DNA of 63,380 bases, filler included, from Octopus bimaculoides (GCF_001194135.2; 6 parts of 6 records of this genome joined end to end with filler, not necessarily neighbours in it); one strand, 5' to 3'; shown: positions 50,509 through 62,868, numbered from the whole stretch's first letter. Translations and numbers: made by a program. Notes: generated by a model from the letters alone, not told the origin.

Positions 50509-51248
50509 NNNNNNNNNNNNNNNNNNNNNNNNNNNNNNNNNNNNNNNNNNNNNNNNNNNNNNNNNNNNNNNNNNNNNNNNNNNNNNNNNNNNNNNNNNNN
50601 NNNNNNNNNNNNNNNNNNNNNNNNNNNNNNNNNNNNNNNNNNNNNNNNNNNNNNNNTATATATATATATATATGAGTTGAAAATATGTGGAAAACATATA
50701 TAAAAAGATGAAGAGAAAAGCTATCATTTTATATAGTTTAATATCTTTTTATAGAGAAATGTTTATATATATATACATATATGCAACTGGTTTTCGCTGT
50801 ATAAATTACCTTTTCAAGGGACATTGTGAAGTAATCATTTCTTGTGAGTCTAGAGAGTAGACAGAGGGAGGCAACAGGTTGCAAGGGGGACGACTAACTC
50901 CTCACTATAATTGTTGAAATAGGAATGCGTAAGAATCAGGTAGTCAAGTTTGTATATTTAGGTGTGCTCTGTAGTTTTGTATGAACAGGTTTTCCCTGTT
51001 AAGGCGTTCTTGTAAGAAGATTGAATCTTTGCATTAGTATAATAGAAACATGGAAATTCGGTGTTTCATTTCTTGCGCATCTATTGATATGTTCGCTCAG
51101 CACTAGCTGCCTGTATTGAGGAATATGAATCTGTTCTTTATGCAGCGTAACTCTGCATCCCAAAGTAGGGCTCGTTTGGCCCACATAATTGTGTCCACAA
51201 CCTGAGCAGGTTAGATAAGGTTCTTGGAAATGTATGTATGTATATCTT

Positions 51249-51317
<69 letters not shown>

Positions 51318-51896
51318 GTGTGTATATATATATATGCATAATTTTGTTGCAATTTCTTTGATTTAGTGACGATTGTAAATCCATCCTTAACGTTTCTCGA
51401 CCACCTCGCTCCCTTCTTCTGTATGTAGACAAACTAGTAATGTGTATTCGTGAATCTTTGTATATTAAAACATACAAAAGATAATAATACTGAATATGAG
51501 GATATTAGTAAACTGAATACCATCGGCACAGTATAAACCACAATAATATGTGATACTACTTCTAATGATAATGTCATGCCACACTAGCCACAGAGAAAGA
51601 TAAACATCTGAGTTAGGAGGTGTGAATATATGACTCAATATTTCGTTTTCTGCTGATAATGTCGATATTGAAATTTATGAACTATGGAAATGGAGAAACT
51701 TTCACCAATATCACTTCACTCAGCAGACGATATCGTGAATAGCAAGTAATATGAATAATAGATTAGTGAAGTTTGCCTGTTCATACATATTGAAAGAAAA
51801 ATCCAGTAGGAAAAAGAACATGCACATATAAATATACATACCTGTATATATATATATGTGTGTGTTTGTGGACGATACAAATACTCACACACACAC

Positions 51897-51960
<64 letters not shown>

Positions 51961-53868
51961 ATGCACATATATACACATACATAAACATCTATGGACGTAC
52001 ATATATAATTACAAATTCACGTATATGTGTATATGTGTACGTATGTGTGTATGAGTGTGTGTTTACAGACCCGAACTAAAATTAAGAAGGGATTGAATTC
52101 TTCTTTGCAGCCCACTTTTCTATGAGTTTAAATTCTCAGAATCGCATTGTGAGTCGGTTTACATCATATTCTTTAATACGAAGGAAACGTTTGAGGCTTC
52201 GTGAGAAGAGAGTATTAACAAAGTACCCTTACGACATATGGTTGAATATTATCTCTAGAATTCCTATTGATGTACCTTTGATATATAATTATACATTTAT
52301 TTAATGAAGAAAGACTGATATGCAGGTATGGGGTCCACATCCAGATAAGGACTGACATAATCGATCACGGAATCGATTAATCTCGACGTTGCATCTTAGA
52401 TTTGTCGATAGGCTCTTTGAATCACTGAATATTAGCGATGTGGCTTAGAGATCAACGGGATTATCAAGACATTTACCACTGAGTTGGAATATTTAGCGGA
52501 CAATTACAGGATTCGAGATTATTAATTCAAAACATCAATTATGTTATTTATAATAGGTGACAATATTTTAACGGAATATCTTCATGTAGGATAGGTAGGT
52601 TTAAGTATTTTGTAAAAAAAAACCCAAACCTTTCATTATGAATACAGAAAGATTTTGGCATCTAGCTATTTCTGTATCTGTGATCACTTAAGAAATTTCA
52701 ACGCAACATATGCGAGCTTAATATTCACAAATTAAGTGCCATTATTGATAATGTGAAATGGATCACGTACGTATATGACAAAAATTTCTTTTTAATTCTC
52801 TTCCTTATAGTTTTTTTTATTTTTTTATTCCTTTACTTGTTTCAATCGTTTGACTGGTGTCATGCTGGAGAAACACCCTTAGCTGAGCAAATCGATCCCA
52901 GGACTTATACTTTGTAAGCCTCGTATTTCTTTTACCGTCTCTTTTGCACCAAACCGCTAGAATACGGGGAAATTAGCTGCAGAAATTTATTAACTGCAGA
53001 GTTTTTTCCGGACCCAGCGCGAAAGATTGAAGACATTTGAAACGATACACTGAATATAATTTGTAGAACTCTACACGTGCTCCCTTTCGTGTGGACGTCC
53101 TGTGTCTAGTTCTGGAAATTATATTTTATAAATCGACAGGCTACGCTGATGATCCTGCAGATATTTACTTAAGTCAATATTAACAGGTGAAACCATGGTA
53201 CGTAGGTTAATCGTTTTTAATTTAGTATTTTTAATTTGTCTTGCCCTTTTACAGTCTGATGTCGCTGAAATTTTTACTGAGAACATATTCTTCGTGGTTA
53301 GATGATTCAGCATCTATTTCTAGCATATAGGAGTCCACTTTTGCTGGTCATTCCTCTTATTTTTGTATGTAATATATATATNNNNNNNNNNNNNNNNNNN
53401 NNNNNNNNNNNNNNNNNNNNNNNNNNNNNNNNNNNNNNNNNNNNNNNNNNNNNNNNNNNNNNNNNNNNNNNNNNNNNNNNNNNNNNNNNNNNNNNNNNNN
53501 NNNNNNNNNNNNNNNNNNNNNNNNNNNNNNNNNNNNNNNNNNNNNNNNNNNNNNNNNNNNNNNNNNNNNNNNNNNNNNNNNNNNNNNNNNNNNNNNNNNN
53601 NNNNNNNNNNNNNNNNNNNNNNNNNNNNNNNNNNNNNNNNNNNNNNNNNNNNNNNNNNNNNNNNNNNNNNNNNNNNNNNNNNNNNNNNNNNNNNNNNNNN
53701 NNNNNNNNNNNNNNNNNNNNNNNNNNNNNNNNNNNNNNNNNNNNNNNNNNNNNNNNNNNNNNNNNNNNNNNNNNNNNNNNNNNNTGTGTGTATGTGTATG
53801 TGTGCGTGTGTGTGTGTGTGTGTGTGCGTTTGTGTGTGTGTGTGTGTGTAAATATGTGACAATTATTC

Positions 53869-54266
53869 GGTAGCCATGATAAAACTCCAAGTTTCGGATG
53901 AAAGGTGGAAACCCATTCCGCTATGTCTTCAGTTATTTGGTCATCGAAGAATACGATGAAAATGACCGTTAAACAAAGGGAAACTACTGTGTGGTTGACC
54001 GTTATTAATACCAAAGAGCTATTACAATGACCGTTAAGTGAGGGGAGAGAGTAAAAGTAAGGGAGTAAAAAAATGTCCATATTATTTGCGTAAGCGCACT
54101 AGCCCATATATGGAATTACATGGTCTTAATAACGGTCAACCACACAATAATTTCCCTTTGCTTAACGGTCATTTTCATAGCATTCTTCGATGGTCAGATA
54201 ACTGAAGAGATGGTGGTGTGGGTTTCCGCCCCAGCATCCGAAACTCGGAGATTTATCATGACTGCC
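53869..54266. mobile_element. Foldback/MITE with about 145-bp inverted arms (53869-54013 and 54121-54266)
   Basis: Arms align by eye at roughly 80 percent identity around a 107-bp spacer. No clear TSD. Confidence 0.8.
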
Positions 54267-54439
54267 TGGACAAGGACATTAATGAGATGAATGATAACGA
54301 AAATGAGTAAAAATGAGAGAGTCTCCAGCGCCCGCGGACCAGTAGCCCCTCGAAAACATTGTTCAATTTACAAAATATTACAAATAATATTACAATATAT
54401 ACAATTTTTCTTTATTCTTCTTTAATCCCTCTCATCCGA

Positions 54440-54930
54440 GACGCCGAGTAAGCTCCGTGCTGCTTGCAGGAAAGCCTGCAACGGCAGGTCGGGGCCCGGA
54501 ACAAGGGACTGAAAATCTTCATCATCTCAGGTCTTCTTGACCTCATTCAACTCCTTCCTGTAAATGACCTCCGCAACCACCTGCGAAGGCAAACTTGAAC
54601 AGTCCATACAGACGGAGCCAAACGATCTCGGTCCAGAAGACTGTTCAAGTAAATTTCAACAAGTCTACCCCAGAGATAGAAAAGGATGACTTCTACCTCA
54701 AGAGGAGTGACCTCAAACTGTCCGTGGCATAGTTCCCACTGACAGACCCTCTCACTCCGGAGGCACATTTCCCACCGCAAGCGCCACAGGTTCGGTCGGT
54801 GGGTGTTGATGTGTTCTCTTTCTCTTTTCCTTCTTTTTCTTCCTGGTCGCGGGAGTCGGGGCCTCCACCGGCACACTCGGGGGGTCCCTCTTCTCTCCCG
54901 CATCCCGCACATCATCTTCTGGTGAGCAAT
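54440..54930 (-). mobile_element. GC-rich fragment, probably LINE ORF1 remnant
   Basis: GC island with a basic stretch (RKKKKEKRKR) and broken frames (GRLVEIYLNSLLDRDRLAPSVWTVQVCLRRWL). Classification from recall only. Confidence 0.3.
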
Positions 54931-55200
54931 TATTACTGCTCACTCACCTCTTCTTATTTGTTGGTTTTGTTTCACCAGGCTACTTACCAGACAGCCACTC
55001 CTGCGCCTATCTATACATATTTGTTTTGCAAGATTTTTGATGTGAAATCATGTGTTGAAACAGATGTTGTTGTACTTGGGGATGGTCATATTGCCAGTTT
55101 AGCCAATAAAAACACACGCACTGTATATTTGGTGTTAATTTGCTTCAGCTTTAAATATCAGCTGATATTTACCAAGGTGAGACACACATAAGAAGGAAGG

Positions 55201-55258
55201 AAACAAAGGACCACTGATGAGGTCACAGAGGTGTGACGAAAGAACTCTGTGTGTTTGT
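55201..55258 (+). ncRNA. Hammerhead-like fold, second family
   Basis: CUGAUGA at 55214, 6-bp stem II GUCACA/UGUGAC with GAGG loop, GAAA at 55238, CUC triplet at 55245-55247. Stem I is 2 bp, an internal loop, then 5 bp. Confidence 0.55.
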
Positions 55259-56220
55259 GTGTTTGTGTGTGAGTCTGTGCTTGTGTGTGTATATGTCTAT
55301 GTATGAGAGCTGTTTCTGTGTGGATTCCACCTACCATACTTTTCACAAAACCTAATAGTCAATCCGATCAGTAGAAGAGAGACACGCGCGGAACAACGTG
55401 ATGGCGAACAAAACTGTTTAACAATAGCTTTTCCTGTGATGATGTATTATTCGTTTCCAACCTGGGGGTACAAAGGTTCAGAATGGAAACAAAAACATCT
55501 CTAGTGTTTTCGTCAGAAAGAAAATACCGAAACAAATAGAAATATATATCTGATTTCGATATTAAACAAAATGTATTAATTGCAATCATAATTTTAGCGA
55601 CTATGATGTTACTAGAGACTCTAATATTACGAGAAAATATTTGCTATTATTAACATAAGGATATACATATATAAGTTTCATGCTTACGACGAGACACAGA
55701 CATTTAGGCGCAAACACTCACGCACACACACGCACACGCACACACACGCACGCGCACACACACATATANNNNNNNNNNNNNNNNNNNNNNNNNNNNNNNN
55801 NNNNNNNNNNNNNNNNNNNNNNNNNNNNNNNNNNNNNNNNNNNNNNNNNNNNNNNNNNNNNNNNNNNNNNNNNNNNNNNNNNNNNNNNNNNNNNNNNNNN
55901 NNNNNNNNNNNNNNNNNNNNNNNNNNNNNNNNNNNNNNNNNNNNNNNNNNNNNNNNNNNNNNNNNNNNNNNNNNNNNNNNNNNNNNNNNNNNNNNNNNNN
56001 NNNNNNNNNNNNNNNNNNNNNNNNNNNNNNNNNNNNNNNNNNNNNNNNNNNNNNNNNNNNNNNNNNNNNNNNNNNNNNNNNNNNNNNNNNNNNNNNNNNN
56101 NNNNNNNNNNNNNNNNNNNNNNNNNNNNNNNNNNNNNNNNNNNNNNNNNNNNNNNNNNNNNNNNNNNNNNNNNNNNNNNNNNNNNNNNNNNNNNNNNNNN
56201 NNNNNNNNNNNNNNNNNNNN

Positions 56221-56277
<57 letters not shown>

Positions 56278-56329
56278 TATGTATCTCACTGCTGTTCATG
56301 GCGGCTCTTTTAGACATGCCGTCAGTTAC

Positions 56330-57271
56330 ACAGACAGCCACACTTACTAGATATGCCGTCGTCACAAAAGTAGTACGAGTAGTCAAGAAACTTTCCGATT
56401 CTAATCTTCTACAGAAAGACCTAGATGCCATATATAAATGGGCTGATGACAACAACATGTAATGTTATGCAAGCAAATTCCTCCACTACTAGCGAAGTGG
56501 TGCTCAGAAGACGCAACAACATTACTCTGCACCCGAAAGAGCGACAATCTTAGAATCACTTATGGTGCGTGATATTGGGATTGATATGAATAACGATGCC
56601 TCGCTTCACATGCATATTACCAGATGGCGGCAGTTTACAGGTGAATGTCCGTATGGATTCTGAGAACCTTCAGAACTAGGGACATTTTCTTTAGCCGTCT
56701 GGACTACTGCTCTCAACTGTGGTCAACTTACAGTTTGGGATTAATAGCAGAACTTGAGGCTGTTCAGCGATGCTACACAAAGAAGATTGCATCAATGGAA
56801 CAGCTGAGATACTGGACGAGACTGAAAGAGTTACGACTCTACTCCCTGGAGCGAAGACGGAAAGGTATGCAGTGATATATGAGTGATATATGTCTGGAGA
56901 CGCTAGCATCTCGAACTGGACGTTATTACACTGTTCCAAAAGTCCTAGCTATCCCATCTAAGGTGAGGACCATGTACTCCAATACGTTGGGATTCAAGGG
57001 CCCACAGCTATTTAACCGCTTGCTAAAATATCAGAGGGATCACCATGGGGTGGGGTTAGATGTGTTCAAGAAACGGCTTGACCTCTAGCTATCCAAGATC
57101 CCAGATGAACCAATATCAAGATAGGAAACTCAAAAGAGGGAAGCAGTGACGAACTCCCTCCTTCACCAAAAGGCAATCACATAGCAGTGGCCAATTAAAA
57201 GAAGATTACAGTGGTGGTGCCCCAGTATGGCCACAGAATTACGGCTGAAACATATAAAGGAATAAAAAAAA
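56330..57271 (+). mobile_element. CR1-clade LINE 3' part (decayed RT and 3' tail)
   Basis: YAVVTK (degenerate YADDTK), LQKDLDAIYKWADDNNM, SRLDYCSQLWS, ELEAVQRCYTKKI, YW.RLKELRLYSLERRR. Ends in the tail GGTGGTGCCCCAGTATGGCCACAG..GCTGAAAC..AAAGGAATAAAA. Confidence 0.9.
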
Positions 57272-57545
57272 TATAGCTTTATGATTCTATGTACGCATAC
57301 GAACACACATATCAACATATATACATACATATATATATGCAATTACATATAATACAATAATAACTATATAATAATATATCATTATATGTGTGTGTGCATA
57401 TATGGGTACAGGCAGGACACCACAAATAGTAAACAACCTTAAATACAAAAACAAATGAGTTCAATACAGTTTTATATTTAAGAGATGAGGAATTATTTAC
57501 ATTATTTACATTTGACGGATATTTGTCCTCATCTTGTTTGTTGTT

Positions 57546-57591
57546 AACACAACGTTTCGGCTGATATACCCTCCAGCCTTCGTCAGGTGTC
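57546..57591 (-). ncRNA. Minimal type I hammerhead ribozyme
   Basis: GACAC-CUGACGA-A-GGCUG(10-nt loop)CAGCC-GAAAC-GUU/GUGUU. Stem I GACAC:GUGUU, 5-bp stem II, palindromic AACGUU in place of stem III. Confidence 0.75.
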
Positions 57592-57665
57592 TTGGGGGAA
57601 ATTTCGAACCTGGGTTCTCATTCCTAATGATGTTACTATTATTATATTATTATTATTATTATTAA

Positions 57666-57741
57666 TCAGGTCGCTGCCGTGAATTGAACTCGGAATCTTG
57701 GGGTTAGTAGCCCGCGCTCTTAACCACTACGCCATATGCCC
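57666..57741 (-). promoter_or_regulatory. tRNA-like segment with Pol III A box (TGGCGTAGTGG) and B box (GAGTTCAATTC)
   Basis: Box spacing and anticodon arm (loop CTACTAA) are tRNA-like, but the acceptor stem is poor, so it is not called a tRNA gene. Confidence 0.65.
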
Positions 57742-58980
57742 GTGGGCAATTATGGAGTGAATTTTAGGGCTTATAAATCTATTATTTTCCTATCCTTCCT
57801 CAATACCGGTTCCCATATGCTATTCATNNNNNNNNNNNNNNNNNNNNNNNNNNNNNNNNNNNNNNNNNNNNTTAATTAATTAANNNNNNNNNNNNNNNNN
57901 NNNNNNNNNNNNNNNNNNNNNNNNNNNTATATATATATAGGTCGCCGTCGACTTTACGACGATTGGCGCGCCAGATCCCGGCAGCAATAATAGGATAGTC
58001 CAGTTGGAATCTAATCAGTTTCATTTCCTAGAATTTAACTCGGATGACGTCGGCTGAGAAACGACGCCGATGATCCTCAGCCAGGCACCTGTCTACAGAA
58101 AATTCTTTATGTATGTAAGTCTTGCAACTGTTTCGTAAACTACATTGTGTATTTCTTGTATTTGCATTCTTTGGTGCTTTTCTATGACGCAAATCGCGCT
58201 GTGTGTGACTCTTTACCTGCAAATGTACCTTAACAATGTGAAAATATACATACAAAGCTATGTAGGTGTTGGTTCGTTTGTATCCCCGTAATAAAGCGAT
58301 TCGGCAAAATATACATAAGGGATCGCACTTAAGTACTGGGGTCGATTGTTTCAACTAAAATCCTTCCAGATGCATCTCCAGCATGGCCGCAGTGTAATGA
58401 CTAAAACGAGTAAAAGATTAAAGATTAAAGATTTCAAAATCTACACTCTTGCAGACATGCTTCTGAGAAATATCAGTTAAAATTATGCATTTTAAAGAAA
58501 GCTTTACGGAAATAAAGTGGATAACGGGAAATAATAATTTGACACGCGCTTAAAAGAATTAAAAAGAACTCTTTTTCTTTAAATCTCATAAATATTATCG
58601 TGATCTACACTCTCAAAAACATATCCCTGCAAATTTTCATTAAAATATATGCAGTTTTCAGAATATTAGAGAGAGAGAGACAAATTCGCTGGGGTACTAA
58701 TCTGTAGTTATACCTTAATTTTTTTTTTATTTCTTTGTAATCTATCTAATATTTCACTATGAAGTCGTCAGGTTTTTTTTTTCTAACTCTGAAGCAATTA
58801 CGCAATGCAGTTTGTTGCGCAACATATGTTTTTATCTAGTTGATACTACTGTCACTGCCATCGATTACATTGTTGAACGTTGCACCGATTACAATGTAGA
58901 ACGTTAACTACTTTCTTTCAGAGAAGCCAACAGAATGGGTGACGTTATTCAAGATGTGCGTTGATCGGAATTCTTGTTAA

Positions 58981-59496
58981 AGCACCCCCATACAACCCCT
59001 CATAACTTTTTTGTTTTATGAAAGAAAATTTCAGAAACTTTTTACGAATTTGTGTTTTACACACGGGATTTCATACGATTATGCCAAAAAAATTTGGTGT
59101 GTGGGTGCGTGATTTAAGGACGATTTGGCTGTCATTTTTAGCACACCTCACAACCACTTGATACCCTCCTGGTTTCTTCGTCACTTTGACATGTATTGGA
59201 CGTTTTTCAATATTTTCCTCTCCATAAACACATTTAATGGAATGATGATTCACCCAACGGGAGTTCATTGGTAGCATTTAAGCAAAAAATTCGGACTTTC
59301 CGTATTTTAAACTCTGATTTAGAAATAAAAAATCGAAAAAAGTGGAACTTTTAGGATTTATTGCTGGAAGAAGAGGAACGGAGTTTTAAGAAATAATCTT
59401 CTTTTTTTTTTTTCCAACTCGTATGAATTCCTGTGTGTAGAACACAAATTCGCAAAAAGTTTCTAAAACTTCACAAAATTGAAAGTTAGAGGTGCT
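58981..59496. mobile_element. Kolobok-type non-autonomous element
   Basis: TTAA/AGCACC ... GGTGC/TTAA ends, plus a subterminal inverted repeat of about 47 bp (AGAAACTTTTT.CGAATTTGTGTT.TACACAC.GGA.TTCATACGA). Confidence 0.6.
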
Positions 59497-60129
59497 TAAA
59501 CCAGAGTTCCGGGAAGATTTTCAGTTTATTTAATTTATGTCTTTATTTACCGAATAAAATTGTCTTATTTCTAGAAACCAATTTATTTTGAATTAACAAT
59601 GGGCAACGAAGCTAGCAAAAGCAAAACTATGTATCTTTAATATTTATCAGTTCAGTCAAGGTCGACTTAGCTCTTTATCTTCGTGGTAAAGTTCTTGCGC
59701 AAGGTCTGTATTTTCTCGGAGATGTTGCCGGAAAGACTTCTGCCCTTGTCTGTTAGCAGTTAGTTGTCAGGGTTCTGAAACCTGCTCATATATCATTCCC
59801 AGATATAATGTGAGACTACTCTGATACTCTGTGTGTGTGTGTGTGTGTGTAATACACTGTTAGCTTTTCCACTTGCTTCAATCGTTGAAAGACGGCGATG
59901 CTGGGAGACCGCTTTGAAGGGTTTCAGTTGAAAGAATCGAACCCAGTACTTGCCTTTTGGTGGGTGTTTAGGGTTAGCATTAGGGTTATGCCGAAAACGG
60001 GTGGTGTGCGTATTCTTTATCCCCCCCCCCTTTTTTTTTAAATCCTGTTATTTATTCTATCGTACTTTTACTGAACGGCTCAGTTGTGAAGCGGTGGTGG
60101 ACACGGATGGAAGTACAGACACACACGTA

Positions 60130-60325
60130 CGGGGCAGTGCTGAATAGTTCCTGGCTTTGGCTAAAAGAAAATACAGGTGGATCGGCTAATTATGGTTTTA
60201 TTCAACGTATTCCCCTCTCATATTCACACACTTGCTGCAGCGGCCCCGCAAAAGAAATCAAAAGTTTGGGCCTCCAACCAGGCCTTTCAAGATACTCTTA
60301 AAGCCAGGAACTTTTCAGCGCCCCT
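60130..60325. mobile_element. mariner-type MITE (about 195 bp)
   Basis: Inverted ends GCTGAATAGTTCCTGGCTTT / AAAGCCAGGAACTTTTCAGC. Confidence 0.75.
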
Positions 60326-61697
60326 TAAGTTCATCTGGTGTTCTGACTAGCCGCTGCTAGGACCACTTTTCCTGTATCTCATATTCATTGTATTTTTAAC
60401 ACAGCATGTTTATAAGGGATGTTATCTCAGGACATATATTGCAGCAACTAGCCATATACCTCGTATATCTTGTGTATACAAGATATGATACATTGTTCTC
60501 TCCCTCCCTCTCTTTCTTAGCCATTGGACAGCCAAGACTTCGAAGTAATTCTAAAAGAAGTGTGTGTGTGTGTGTGATTTAAATAAGGAGAAGAGAAATT
60601 GAAGTTGCCGTCATGATCGTTTCAGTTTTAGCAAGTTTTAAATCTTTTGTTTCGATGAGTTATGTATAAACAGCGAAAAGAAATACAAGAAAACGAGTTG
60701 CAATTAACTGCTACACTTTATTCAACTGCTAAATGAATCGGTACAGCAAATGTTGGTACATCTTGAATGATACTGTCTGAAGAAAATGTAATGTCCAGCG
60801 GGAAACACGCGTAACGTGTCAGGGCTACCAGCAAATAACTCGCCTCTCTGCCGAGATCCAAACTCAAACGTGGGTTGACTCTATTCTGGCGAGCAAACAT
60901 AATTTTCCTGTGCTAGGCTGGTCTGTGATGTGAAGAGATTGGACAGCCTGCATTAAACCGAGACTTGCCCATCACGTGACCAGGTCATATGTCCTCTTGT
61001 AGAAAACACACGTATGACCCAATTTGCCACTATTTTAGGTTAGACAGCTGAATGAAAAGCGTTCTTCTGCTTTAAAGTAAACATTTTTCTTTTCATTCCA
61101 TACTACGTAAAAAGTTGTGCAATACATACGTTATATGCAACATGTGTATTAAAATAAGACAAGATAAAATAATTATTATTGATTCCCATCTTCGAGCATC
61201 ATTATTTGAAACAGAATCAACTTATGGAATACACATACAATGCAAGATAAATTTATATTACCTCATAAACTTGTCAACTCCATGCAAAAAGGTCATAATG
61301 TACACAATCTTCCGTCAACGAACTTCTTAGATGTTTGTTAATGAAAAATTGTATACATTCATAAACCTCAGCTTCTGATATATTTTGCTAGGTTACTATG
61401 GCTTTTGAGAGAGAAAAAAAAAAAAAAGAAGTAAGGGGGCTATTTGATATGGCTTTAAAAGTTACTACATGGTTGACCTTATCTCAATCTTTGGCTTAAG
61501 TTCAAAATGAGAGTCCTTGACCCCTAAGCAGGTCAGAGTGTATTTCTAGTTGGATTGTGAGTTTGCTGCTTTTCAATGTTTTGTACAATAGCTAGGAGCT
61601 AGGTGACTATTTTGAAGGAAATGATGTTAAACCTTAGGTAAAAAAGTTATTTTTTATTAAAAAAACTAGTCTGGGAATAGTTTGATACCACCTAGTG

Positions 61698-61734
<37 letters not shown>

Positions 61735-62580
61735 ATAATAATATTAGGGACAAAATCCAAAATTACAGGTAAAAAACTCAATTAAAATCAATTTATAAAA
61801 AATTAAAATTAAATAGAGCCTTATAGTATATATAAAATATATAGTTTTAGGGAAAATAACCAATTTTCAAGAACTCATCGATGAAAATCCACTATCACAT
61901 ATAGAAAAATTAATAATTAAAAGCACAATAAATGAGTATAATATAAAGTAAAGTAAATATCATAAGATAAATATAATAAANNNNNNNNNNNNNNNNNNNN
62001 NNNNNNNNNNNNNNNNNNNNNNNNTTAATTAATTAANNNNNNNNNNNNNNNNNNNNNNNNNNNNNNNNNNNNNNNNNNNNTCCGATCTTGTAAGTATGTG
62101 TGTATGTGTGTGTGTCTGTGCAAAAGAGCCCGATTGAATAAGTACTAGGCTTACAAAGAATAAGTCCTGGAGTCGATTTGTTTAACTAAAGGCGGTGCTC
62201 CAACATGGCCGCAGTCAAACGACTGAAACAAGTAAAAGAACCTTCAAAAATTTGTTTATACACAATAGATTCACTTTAAATTTCTGCCCGACACGTGTTT
62301 CTACTGCATAGATACCTGAAGGTGTGACATCCAGTTTCATCCTATTTGTTCAACTGTATTATAAGTTCAACCAAGGTATACGTGTCCATGTAGCTCTATT
62401 CAAGGTGTAACTACTACGGGTTTTTGACGCGAACAATTTCCCGTTGTTCCATATCATTCGATGTGGTTTGCCAGAATCTGGATTATACTAGAGTACTTAT
62501 CCCTATTCCTTCATGTTATATATAATTACTTATATTTTACTTTACTTCGTTTTTGCATTTGGTTTGCAAGATTCTTGATG

Positions 62581-62868
62581 AGAAGACGGCGAGCTGCCAC
62601 AAACGTTAGCACGCCGTCTATAATTAGCCCCTTGTGGGCAATAAAGAAGCAAGAAACGTTAGCCCCTCGGGCGAAATGCTTAGCGGTATTTTGTCTGCTG
62701 TTACGTTTTGAGTTCAAATTCCGCCGAGGTCGAACTTTGCCTTTCATCTTTTCGGGGTCGATAAATTAAGTACCAGTTACACACTGGGGTCGATATAATC
62801 GACTTAATCCGTTTGTCCGTCCTTGTTTGTTTACTCTATGTTTAGCCCCTTGTGGGCAGTAAAGAAAT
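62581..62868 (+). mobile_element. SINE family A variant with an alternative 3' tail and a 13-bp TSD
   Basis: TSD AAGATTCTTGATG at 62568-62580 and 62869-62881; tail ...TTTAGCCCCTTGTGGGCAGTAAAGAAAT. Confidence 0.88.

Larger units (their letters stand above)
57465..57827 (-). mobile_element. Penelope-like element 3' end (ORF tail, tRNA-like segment, (TAA)n, hammerhead)
   Basis: ORF end MNSIWEPVLRKDRKIIDL* (57827-57771) resembles PLE GIY-YIG C-termini. The ACGTTTCGGC...GCCTTCGTCAGG signature is the antisense of a hammerhead core. Upstream part lost in the gap. Confidence 0.65.

Noticed and set aside
50840-50910. RTE-like 5' end with an HDV-type ribozyme
   Set aside because: P1 and L3 elements could not be placed; only a CTAA-CTCCTCAC resemblance.
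58860-58910. 24-bp imperfect tandem duplication (CGATTACA..GAACGTT) with a short open frame
   Set aside because: Two copies only and the frame closes immediately; ordinary local duplication.
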